Source: an uncultured Spirochaetaceae bacterium (GTDB taxonomy: Bacteria; Spirochaetota; Spirochaetia; DSM-27196; CAZPXH01). From it: DNA of 64,000 bases. The stretch is taken from assembly GCA_964591085.1 (NCBI GenBank), contig CAZPXH010000006.1, positions 105,177 to 169,176 on the forward strand. The letters are read 5' to 3'. How positions within the stretch are numbered: the first letter of the stretch is position 1; the number at the start of each line of letters is the position of its first letter. The translations under genes were made by a program, and so were the position numbers. Shown piece by piece: positions 57,122 to 64,000 of the stretch. Under the pieces are notes generated by a model. The model was not told where the DNA came from. It searched no databases and saw nothing but the letters and a program-made list of their open reading frames with translations.

Positions 57122-58329
57122 TCACATCAGCTTTTGCTTTGCGAATCTTTGAGGGCTTCTCAATCCAGCGCTGGAACGACTGGGCGCGTCCGACGGCCCT
57201 CACGGAGCTCGACAAGGCGGCAATGCGCATGGCCGTTGCGTTCTTTGTGGGGCGCTACCATGAGCTGGATACCGGGACACAGCTGGACTGGGATTCGATT
57301 ATCCGGTCCGGTCTCTTTGACCTGCTGCGGAGGATCACGCTCTCTGACATCAAGGCCCCGGTACACCGCCGGATCCGCAGCCGCTACCCTGAGCACCTGG
57401 CAGAACTTGACGCCTGGGCGGTTGAGCAGTGGGAAAGTCTGGCAGACGATCCGGAGTTCATCGCGGAGTTTCGCGCCTGGGTAGCGCATCAAGACCAGGA
57501 CAGCCCGGAGGATCGCGTGCTTGTGGCATCTCACAAGCTGTCTACCTTCCAGGAGGTCAAGCTCATCCGGCAGGTAAATCCCCCGGCTCCCGAGCTTGAC
57601 CGGATTGAGGCCGGCCTCCGTACCGCGCTGTCGCCCTACGTGGACCTCCGTGGCGTGCGGGAAGTGCTGCTGCAACAGAACCTGGGCGGACTGGTCAACC
57701 AGCTGGAGCGTCTGCGCTTCCAGGTGCGCTGGAGTCATACGCCACGGGTGCCCGCTACCAGCGTCCTGGGTCACACCATGACCGTTGCGGCGTTCGCGTG
57801 GTTCTTTTCCCGGAGCGTGGGGGCCTGTCCAAGGCGACGATTCAACAACTTCTTCTGCGGCTTGTTCCACGACCTCCCCGAGGCGGTGACCCGGGACATC
57901 GTGTCTCCGGTGAAGCGTGCAACGCCGAGCTTCCCGCAGATAGTGAAGCAGGTTGAGGAGGAGGTTGTGGGAGAAGAACTGATGCCCCTGATTGATCCAC
58001 GCCTGCACCAGCAGATTCACTTCTACATCGATGACGAGTTCGCCAGCCGCATCCTGGTGGACGGCGAGCGGCGGACCGTGAGCAGCGCGGAAATCGGTGA
58101 GTCGTGGAACGAGGACCGCTTTGATCCGATTGATGGCGAGCTCATCCGCGCGGCGGACGATTTCTCCGCCTACCTGGAAGCATCACAGTCAATCCGCTAC
58201 GGGATCCGGTCACACTTCCTTCAGGGTGGTGTGGACAGAATCCGCAGCGAGTATCGGGATGCGGTGATTGCGGGCCTGCCGGTTGGCGAGCTCATCGCAT
58301 CGGTTCCCACCGGAACGGAGGAGACATGA
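57100..58329 (+). CDS. HD-domain phosphohydrolase, YfbR-like, with an N-terminal extension
   Basis: Intact H...HD...D motif set (VLGHTMTVAAFAW ... GLFHDLPEAVTRDIVSPVK). Apparent TTG start. The N-terminal 200 aa loosely repeats the HD-domain start without the His. Confidence 0.65.
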   Translation: MEGVRFLITSAFALRIFEGFSIQRWNDWARPTALTELDKAAMRMAVAFFVGRYHELDTGTQLDWDSIIRSGLFDLLRRITLSDIKAPVHRRIRSRYPEHLAELDAWAVEQWESLADDPEFIAEFRAWVAHQDQDSPEDRVLVASHKLSTFQEVKLIRQVNPPAPELDRIEAGLRTALSPYVDLRGVREVLLQQNLGGLVNQLERLRFQVRWSHTPRVPATSVLGHTMTVAAFAWFFSRSVGACPRRRFNNFFCGLFHDLPEAVTRDIVSPVKRATPSFPQIVKQVEEEVVGEELMPLIDPRLHQQIHFYIDDEFASRILVDGERRTVSSAEIGESWNEDRFDPIDGELIRAADDFSAYLEASQSIRYGIRSHFLQGGVDRIRSEYRDAVIAGLPVGELIASVPTGTEET

Positions 58330-58727
58330 GCGGCGCATCGGAAGTCCGGATCATCGCCAGCGAAGCGGCGCCCGCAGCCATCGGGCCCTACTCACAGGCA
58401 GTGATTCACAACGGCATCGCCTACCTCTCCGGGCAGATTCCGCTGCATCCTGTCAGCGGTGAGCTTGTTGGCGAGACAGCGGGAGAGCAGGTGAAGCAGG
58501 TTCTGTCCAATCTGGACGCAGTTCTTGCGGCGGCCGGAAGCAGCAGCGGAGCAATCCTCCGCTGCGGGATCTACCTCACGGATATGGGAGACTTTGCTGC
58601 AGTCAATGCAGCCTACGGCGAGTGGCTCGGAGAGCACCGCCCTGCACGAGCGACAATTGGGGTGGCAGCCCTTCCCAGGGGCGCAAGAGTGGAGATTGAC
58701 TGCATCGCCGTCTGCGAGAGTCCGTAG
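58326..58727 (+). CDS. ridA: RidA/YjgF-family reactive-intermediate deaminase
   Basis: APAAIGPYSQAV...YLSGQIP...ARATIGVAALPRGARVEID are classic RidA motifs. ATGA overlap with the HD gene. Confidence 0.85.
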   Translation: MSGASEVRIIASEAAPAAIGPYSQAVIHNGIAYLSGQIPLHPVSGELVGETAGEQVKQVLSNLDAVLAAAGSSSGAILRCGIYLTDMGDFAAVNAAYGEWLGEHRPARATIGVAALPRGARVEIDCIAVCESP

Positions 58728-58753
58728 CCTCCGCTTGCCGGTGGCAGTAGCTT

Positions 58754-59053
58754 GTGGTCCAAGGAGGCAGAAGCGTGAAGGCTACATTCAACGGCGTCAC
58801 TCTCGCTGAGTCGAACGCCATAGAAACGGTGGAGGGAAACAGCTACTTCCCACACGATTCGGTGAACTGGGATTACTTCCGAGACAGCCCACGGCAGTAC
58901 ACCTGCTCTTGGAAGGGTGACGCACGCTACTACCACATCACCGCCGAAGGTGAGGAGTTGGCCAACGGTGCCTGGGAGTACCCGGAACCAAAGCCAGCGG
59001 CCCGGAACATCGCAGGATACGTGTGCTTTGACCGAAAGGTGCAGGTAGCCTAG
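58754..59053 (+). CDS. DUF427-domain protein
   Basis: The spacing (NAIETVEGNSYFP ... YYHITAEGEEL...AWEYP) matches the DUF427 pattern. Confidence 0.55.
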   Translation: MVQGGRSVKATFNGVTLAESNAIETVEGNSYFPHDSVNWDYFRDSPRQYTCSWKGDARYYHITAEGEELANGAWEYPEPKPAARNIAGYVCFDRKVQVA

Positions 59054-59799
59054 AGCGGCGTTCGGGCAGCCAGGCTCAACCACTCCAGGGCGTCAGCCCA
59101 TGCGGGATCCGGGTCCAGGGCAAAGCTCACCATCTCACCGGAGTCCGGGTGCCGGAAGCGGATTCCGGTGGAACGCAGAAACATGAGATCCGGACCAAAC
59201 CAGGCCGCTGCCAGCGCATTGTAGACCCAGTCTCCGTGCCGTTTGTCGCCAATGATCGGGTAGGACGCGTACTGCAGGTGCTTGCGGATCTGCTGTCGCC
59301 TGCCAGTGCCGGGCTCGGCTGACACCATCGCGAAGCGCAGATCCCGGTTCCTGCCGTCCGGCAATGCAATCGCAGTGCGTGAGATAGTAGCAAAGGTGGT
59401 CCATGCCGGGCGCGGGATGCCGTCTGCGTGATCCCGGATGTCTTCATCAAGGCAGAAGCCGTCGGGTGGCCATCCTCTCACCAGGGCGAGGTAAGTCTTC
59501 TGCACCTCTCGCCCGGAGAACTGCGTGCCGAGATCGCGCGCGGCGTCACTGTCCTTTGCCATGACAAGCAACCCGGAGGTCAGACGATCCAGGCGGTGTA
59601 CGGCGTGAACCCGACGTCCGTGACCGCCAGAGAGCACAGAGACGCAGTCCCGTGCCCCGCGGGCGTAGCGGTTGGCGTGGGTGAGCATTCCGGCGGGCTT
59701 GTCCACAATGATGAGACGCGCGTCCTCATGTACGATGCGCGGTAACGGAGGCGTACGAATGACCAGAAGTGTAGCTGTGGGTACGGCAACGGTCCACAT
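59050..59799 (-). CDS. RluA-family pseudouridine synthase (TruC/RluA-like)
   Basis: HRLDRLTSGLLV catalytic-Asp motif and colinearity with TruC from the internal start. 4-nt convergent overlap with the DUF427 gene. Confidence 0.8.
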   Translation of the reverse strand: MWTVAVPTATLLVIRTPPLPRIVHEDARLIIVDKPAGMLTHANRYARGARDCVSVLSGGHGRRVHAVHRLDRLTSGLLVMAKDSDAARDLGTQFSGREVQKTYLALVRGWPPDGFCLDEDIRDHADGIPRPAWTTFATISRTAIALPDGRNRDLRFAMVSAEPGTGRRQQIRKHLQYASYPIIGDKRHGDWVYNALAAAWFGPDLMFLRSTGIRFRHPDSGEMVSFALDPDPAWADALEWLSLAARTPL

Positions 59800-59800
59800 T

Positions 59801-60607
59801 ATGCAGGCGGCGGAGGTGGCACGGGGGGCCGATGAGCTGGCAAAGACGCTGGTGCGGGCTTCCGAGGCTGAGATTCGCAACGCCTTTGGTGATCGCAGCC
59901 CAATCGCATGGTCCTTCAACCCGGTCCTGATTCAGGCTGGAGACCACCGAATTCTGGTTGATGCCGGGCTCCGCTCGCACAGCGACGGGCCCGTTCAGGG
60001 GATCGTGGACCTGCTTTCAGAGATTGGAGTTGAGCCCACCTCGGTGACCCACATCGTCATCACCCACGGTCACGGCGATCACGTCGGCGGGTTGATTGAT
60101 TACTCCGGGCTCGCAGTCTTCCCCGATGCGCAGCTGCTGGTTCACCAGGCTGAGCACCGGCACTGGACGGAAGACCAAGGCTCAGGAGACGCAGGTGCGA
60201 TGTACCGTGCTGCAACCGGACCCTATGCGGAGCGGATCAGCCTGTTTGGAAGCGCTGGTGACGAGGCTCTTGCTGAGGTTCCCCTGCTCAACGGCGATGG
60301 AATCAGCATCTCGGCTCGTGTCTTGCCGGGACATACCCCCGGGCACTGTGGGCTTGTCCTGCAGGCGGACACCTCGGTTCTGGAGCTCGGTGTGGACGCT
60401 CTGCATACGGACCTGCAGATTCCACAGCCGGATTGGTCGGTCCGCTTTGACACCAATCCGGAGATGTCCGCGCAGACTCGCAAGGCGTACTGCGCTCACC
60501 TTGTACAGCAGGCCCGGACCGTGGTCTGGTACCACCTGCCCTTCCCGGGAGTCGGCGACCTTGAGGCCTCGGACCGGGGCTTTACGTGGAACCCCTCGGC
60601 GGGGTAA
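59801..60607 (+). CDS. MBL-fold metallo-hydrolase
   Basis: HxHxDH motif (ITHGHGDHVGG) with downstream His and Asp ligands. Start is ambiguous: the ATG at 59759 would overlap the divergent RluA start. Confidence 0.7.
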   Translation: MQAAEVARGADELAKTLVRASEAEIRNAFGDRSPIAWSFNPVLIQAGDHRILVDAGLRSHSDGPVQGIVDLLSEIGVEPTSVTHIVITHGHGDHVGGLIDYSGLAVFPDAQLLVHQAEHRHWTEDQGSGDAGAMYRAATGPYAERISLFGSAGDEALAEVPLLNGDGISISARVLPGHTPGHCGLVLQADTSVLELGVDALHTDLQIPQPDWSVRFDTNPEMSAQTRKAYCAHLVQQARTVVWYHLPFPGVGDLEASDRGFTWNPSAG

Positions 60608-60639
60608 ACAGAACTGGTCGAATAGCCTACTAACCTGAT

Positions 60640-60650
60640 TGACATTGTCA
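60640..60650. promoter_or_regulatory. Palindrome TGACA-t-TGTCA within a TTGACA-containing region 16-26 nt upstream of the cysH ATG
   Basis: Seen in the sequence. It could be a regulator half-site pair and/or a -35 element. No convincing -10 element is present. Confidence 0.2.
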
Positions 60651-60665
60651 GGATAGGGGGGGTGC

Positions 60666-61388
60666 ATGGATCGCAACACGCGACGGGTCCGGAAATCGGA
60701 AGTCACGGCCTTTGAGTCACTGAGCCCGGAGCAACGAATCCAGTGGGCGGCCGACAAATTCGGTTCCCGACTGGTGATGAGCTCCAGTTTCGGCGCGCAG
60801 TCCGCGGTGCTCCTTCACATGGCAACCCGCGCGGTACCCGATATTCCCGTCATCTTCATTGATACCGGCTACCTGTTTCCGGAAACCTATCGCTTTGCTG
60901 AGGACCTTCGGGCCCGCCTCAACCTCAACCTTCACTGTTTTCAGCCCACAATGACCGCAGCACGGCAGGAAGCACTGTTCGGCAAGCAGTGGATGCAGGG
61001 CAACGAAGGTCTGCAGCGTTACGGGCGGATGAACAAGGTGGAACCCATGAGCAGGGCGCTCCGCGGGTTTCGCGCCCGCGCATGGATTTCCGGGGTCCGC
61101 CGACAGCAGGCCAGAAGCCGGGCGGAGCGGCCGGGAGCGGAGCGGCAGAACCGAATCTGGAAGCTCTACCCCATCATTGACTGGACCAACCGGGAGATCC
61201 ACCGCTACCTGAAGGAGCACGATCTCCCCTACCACCCGCTTTGGTACCAGGGCTATCCGTCAATCGGAGACACCCACAGTAGCCGCCCGCTGGAACCCGG
61301 AATGCTGGAAGAGGAAACCCGCTTTGGCGGAAAGCAGCGGGAATGCGGCCTGCACGTCAACACGGGAGACAAGGAACTGGTTCTGTAG
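60666..61388 (+). CDS. cysH: Phosphoadenosine phosphosulfate (PAPS) reductase, thioredoxin-dependent
   Basis: PP-loop (SSSFGAQS) and the C-terminal ECGLH catalytic Cys motif, 240 aa. Confidence 0.85.
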   Translation: MDRNTRRVRKSEVTAFESLSPEQRIQWAADKFGSRLVMSSSFGAQSAVLLHMATRAVPDIPVIFIDTGYLFPETYRFAEDLRARLNLNLHCFQPTMTAARQEALFGKQWMQGNEGLQRYGRMNKVEPMSRALRGFRARAWISGVRRQQARSRAERPGAERQNRIWKLYPIIDWTNREIHRYLKEHDLPYHPLWYQGYPSIGDTHSSRPLEPGMLEEETRFGGKQRECGLHVNTGDKELVL

Positions 61389-61433
61389 GAAAGGACCATT
61401 CCGGTTTGGGTCGGCGAGGCTCGGAGGAAGTCC

Positions 61434-62750
61434 TCAGTATGAGTACTTGCGCTGGATGGCGGTGATTACCTCGGGCATACCGAGGAAGAGGTCCACCAGC
61501 ACCGGATCGAACTGCTTGCCGGACTCTTCGCGGATGTAGGCGTATGCGTCATCAACCGACCAGGCCGGTTTGTAGGCACGCTTTGATACCAGAGCATCAA
61601 AGACATCAGTCACAGCTACAATCCTGGCCACCACGGGGATTTCCTCACCGCGCTTGGGAGGACCAATTTGCACCTTGCGATCAAAGATGTTCAGGACCCG
61701 TCCCGGATAGCCGGTTCCGTCCCAGCGTTCGTGATGGTTGAGCGCTACCTCGTGGGCCATTCGGTCCCAGGGTGAGTCCAGCCGCCGGAAAAGGCGCGCG
61801 CCAAAAATGGTGTGCAAGCGAACCCGCCGCATCTCCTCGTCCGTGAGCGGCCCGCGCTTGCGCAGGATGATGTCTGTGATCGCCACCTTGCCCACGTCGT
61901 GCAGCATGGCGGCCGTACGCAGGATCTCGCGGTTTGCCGCTATCTCCGCCTCGTCCACTCCGGACTGCAGGGCCCAGGCGTCGTAGAGCTCAACGCTGAA
62001 GGCGCCGACCCGCTTGGAGTGCTGCGCGGTCTCAAAAGGATCCCGCATAGCGGCAAGCTCCACCATCCGCAGCACCATCTCCCGGGACATCCGAGCGCGT
62101 TCAATTGCATCCGCGGCGGCCTGCGCGAACTGCGCGGCAATGAGCCTGTCGTTGTTGGAGAACGCGGTGGTTCTTCCCTCGGCATCCTGCGCGTTGATGA
62201 GCTGCAGAACGCCTACAAGCTCGCCGTCCCTTGTTTGCAGCGGGGCAAGAAGCATGCTGCGGGTCCGGTAGTTGGAAGCTCGGTCAAACGCGGGATTGAA
62301 GCTGTAGTCCACCGTGTCGGGGAGCTCGTACACGTCGTCAATCAGGAGCACCTCCCCGGTGCTCGCCACGTAGCCGGCCAGAGAGGAACGGTCAATCGTC
62401 AGGCTGCGGGACGCGTAGACGTAGCGGGACTCCGGAGAGGTCTCCCGGAACAGGGTGTCATTCTGCACAAAACTGAAGTACAGCTCGTCCCCGCTGCGGA
62501 GATAGAGGGTCCCGGCGTCGGCTCCCATGAGTTCACGCGCGCCGGTGAGAACCTGTTCCAGGAGGGTGTCCAGGTCCCGGGTCCGACCAAGCTCCTGGAT
62601 CGTGTCCAGCACCTCCTCCGGGCGGACATCGCTGCGATGCGATGGTCGGGCGCCGTCCGACACGCCCATGCGAGTCCGCGGGAGTACAAGATCGCCATGA
62701 TCGTCCGCGGAGAGCTCGTGGAGCTCAACCTCGGTGCGCTGCTCTGACAC
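61434..62750 (-). CDS. GAF + HD-GYP domain c-di-GMP phosphodiesterase
   Basis: GAF region, then HDVGK ... HHERWDGTGYP (HD-GYP signature). Confidence 0.85.
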   Translation of the reverse strand: MSEQRTEVELHELSADDHGDLVLPRTRMGVSDGARPSHRSDVRPEEVLDTIQELGRTRDLDTLLEQVLTGARELMGADAGTLYLRSGDELYFSFVQNDTLFRETSPESRYVYASRSLTIDRSSLAGYVASTGEVLLIDDVYELPDTVDYSFNPAFDRASNYRTRSMLLAPLQTRDGELVGVLQLINAQDAEGRTTAFSNNDRLIAAQFAQAAADAIERARMSREMVLRMVELAAMRDPFETAQHSKRVGAFSVELYDAWALQSGVDEAEIAANREILRTAAMLHDVGKVAITDIILRKRGPLTDEEMRRVRLHTIFGARLFRRLDSPWDRMAHEVALNHHERWDGTGYPGRVLNIFDRKVQIGPPKRGEEIPVVARIVAVTDVFDALVSKRAYKPAWSVDDAYAYIREESGKQFDPVLVDLFLGMPEVITAIQRKYSY

Positions 62751-62818
62751 TGCAAAACGGTAGGATGAAGTACAGATTAGCGCAACAAGCGGTGTAGATT
62801 GTTCAGAAATGGCACGGA

Positions 62819-63392
62819 ATGCTGCACCAAGGATCGAGTACCAGACCTGCGCTCCCTCATCTGAGCCTGCTGGAGGCTTCGGCTGCCGGCGCTCGGGTGA
62901 TCTTCAATGCACCGGATTTCGGAAAGATACACTTGAATGACCTGCAGATGGAGACGGGCTGGAACTACGAGCGTGGCGTGGGAATCGGGATGGTTGAAAA
63001 GCGGATGTTCGCCCGGAGCCTAAGTGGCCGATATCGGCAGTCCTCCCGCACAAACGTTTCCTTTGTGGCGTACCAGATCCCAAAGACATGGAGCAATCAG
63101 CTGTCTGAATATTCCCAGGTCCATGCGTTTCATGTCCGGCATGGCCAGACTGTTCGGAAGCTTCATCAGCATCGAGGAGTCCGGGGCAATGATGGCGCCG
63201 CTGTTCAGTGGGAGTCAGGAACGTCTTCTGCCGTTATCGGGAAGCCTGGTGACCCAGAGGGGCGGAGCACTCGTCACCCTACCGGACAGTCCGGCCGTGG
63301 CCAATGCAGAATTGCGGGAACGCATGTGGCAAATCAGCCTGGAACTCTGTGGAGACCACAGCATTAGGGAGATTGCTGCGGCACTCTGCTAG
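62819..63392 (+). CDS. Hypothetical protein, probably interrupted by a frameshift (frame of 62819-63367 then frame of 63024-63392)
   Basis: Two overlapping plus-strand ORFs. Each is protein-like over only one half (N-terminal half of the first, C-terminal half of the second). The second frame ends 19 nt before a strong terminator. Confidence 0.3.
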
Positions 63393-63410
63393 TCTCCGCG
63401 ATTTGTTGAT

Positions 63411-63437
63411 CCGGCCGCGGCGGACGGCCGGTCTTTT
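63411..63437 (+). terminator. Rho-independent terminator CCGGCCG-cggcgga-CGGCCGG-TCTTTT
   Basis: Perfect 7-bp GC stem, 7-nt loop, then T-tract, 19 nt after the stop at 63392. Confidence 0.55.
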
Positions 63438-63724
63438 GCGATCCGGTCTCGGTGGGATTGGGACTGACCCGAACCGCAACTTGAGGCGACCCGGCACTTC
63501 TCGGGCTGCAGTATTCGACTGCCGGAAAGCGGGCTATCCTCCGCCCCCTGGAAGCCGGAGCAGCAAGTGGTACCAGAAGCGCCGCAGGACCTCTTCCTTA
63601 CCGTGCAGCACAAATCGAATGCGACACATCGCGCCGTAGCCAAATGTCAGCGGAGGCAGGTCTTGCAGGGTGACGTGCCAACCCTCACCAGCAAAGCCTC
63701 CATCGGTGACCCGACAGTTCGGAA

Positions 63725-64000
63725 TTGACCGGATCGCGCATAGACGCCATTGCGGACGGGCTGGCCGTGGTACTGCCGAAGAGCCCTGAGGCCGTGGCGG
63801 AGATCATGGTGAAGTCGCTTCCGCGGCCACTCACGGAGACGGAGCAAACCTTCAATGACGGCTGGTGGATGCTTCCCCTCGCGCAGTACTGGCCACGCCA
63901 CGCGCTGGCACACCCGGATGTTGCGCTCCCCCGCCTGAAGGAGCTGACACAGCGCGGGACTGCGCTTTCTGGAGCCGCTTGCGGTGCTCGCACGCGATGC
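63725..64000 (+). CDS. Partial CDS running off the window end, hypothetical; possible TTG start
   Basis: Open frame to the window edge with protein-like translation (...EIMVKSLPRPLTETEQTFNDGWWMLPLAQYWPRHALAHPDVALPRLKELTQRG...). The competing minus-strand ORFs are Cys/Ser/Arg-rich junk. It is not in the ORF track because it has no stop in the window. Confidence 0.3.
   Translation, partial: MTGSRIDAIADGLAVVLPKSPEAVAEIMVKSLPRPLTETEQTFNDGWWMLPLAQYWPRHALAHPDVALPRLKELTQRGTALSGAACGARTRC

Noticed and set aside
1-64000. CRISPR arrays, rRNA/tRNA genes, transposases/integrases, prophage genes
   Set aside because: No regularly spaced direct repeats, no tRNA-like cloverleaf candidates noticed in the intergenic regions, and no transposase, integrase or phage-structural-like translations in any frame. 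A dedicated tRNAscan or CRISPR finder run would be needed to exclude them formally.

Overview
High-GC (~65-68%) bacterial chromosomal window, densely coding, with about 57 protein genes called and no rRNA, tRNA, CRISPR array or mobile element recognised. Gene content (lipoprotein-anchored GH57 with MalEFG-type ABC uptake, YHS and NRDE proteins, a TPR-class III adenylate cyclase, many c-di-GMP enzymes) suggests a Rhodothermota/Salinibacter-like or similar high-GC Gram-negative, but this is inference only. Housekeeping anchors are coaBC, gap, class II fba, cysH, a RluA-family pseudouridine synthase and RidA.

Main blocks:
- Maltodextrin/starch locus at 21.4-28.9 kb: lacI-family regulator, GH57 lipoprotein, malG/malF/malE-like genes on the minus strand, with a perfect AAACCGGTTT-core operator-like palindrome upstream of malE. 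A second glucan block lies at 43.4-46.3 kb (GH13 alpha-amylase plus malQ).
- Lipid-flavoured minus-strand cluster at 7.2-11.5 kb: ATP-grasp and PlsC-like acyltransferase overlapping by 1 nt, divergent DUF429, small membrane protein, stand-alone receiver domain, CDP-alcohol phosphatidyltransferase. This is the best candidate here for an undescribed lipid head-group or aminoacyl-lipid pathway.
- Polysaccharide or peptidoglycan O-acetylation cassette at 37.3-40.4 kb: secreted protein, MBOAT, AlgJ/AlgX-like protein with a DTHW motif. It sits next to tandem secreted lipase-like paralogs sharing a GGYSQGGH nucleophile elbow.
- GntR(YtrA-like) regulator overlapping an SPFH gene, divergent from a polytopic membrane protein.
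- Overlapping lipoprotein pair: a CsgG/LpoB-like lipoprotein and a stand-alone proprotein-convertase P-domain lipoprotein.
- HD-domain protein (intact YfbR-like domain plus an apparent degenerate N-terminal copy) with RidA and DUF427.
- Two 7TM-GGDEF-EAL proteins and one GAF-HD-GYP protein.
- A probably frameshifted small gene ending in a clean intrinsic terminator, followed by a ~290-nt noncoding leader.

All calls rest on reading the six-frame translations and the DNA directly; no database searches were run.
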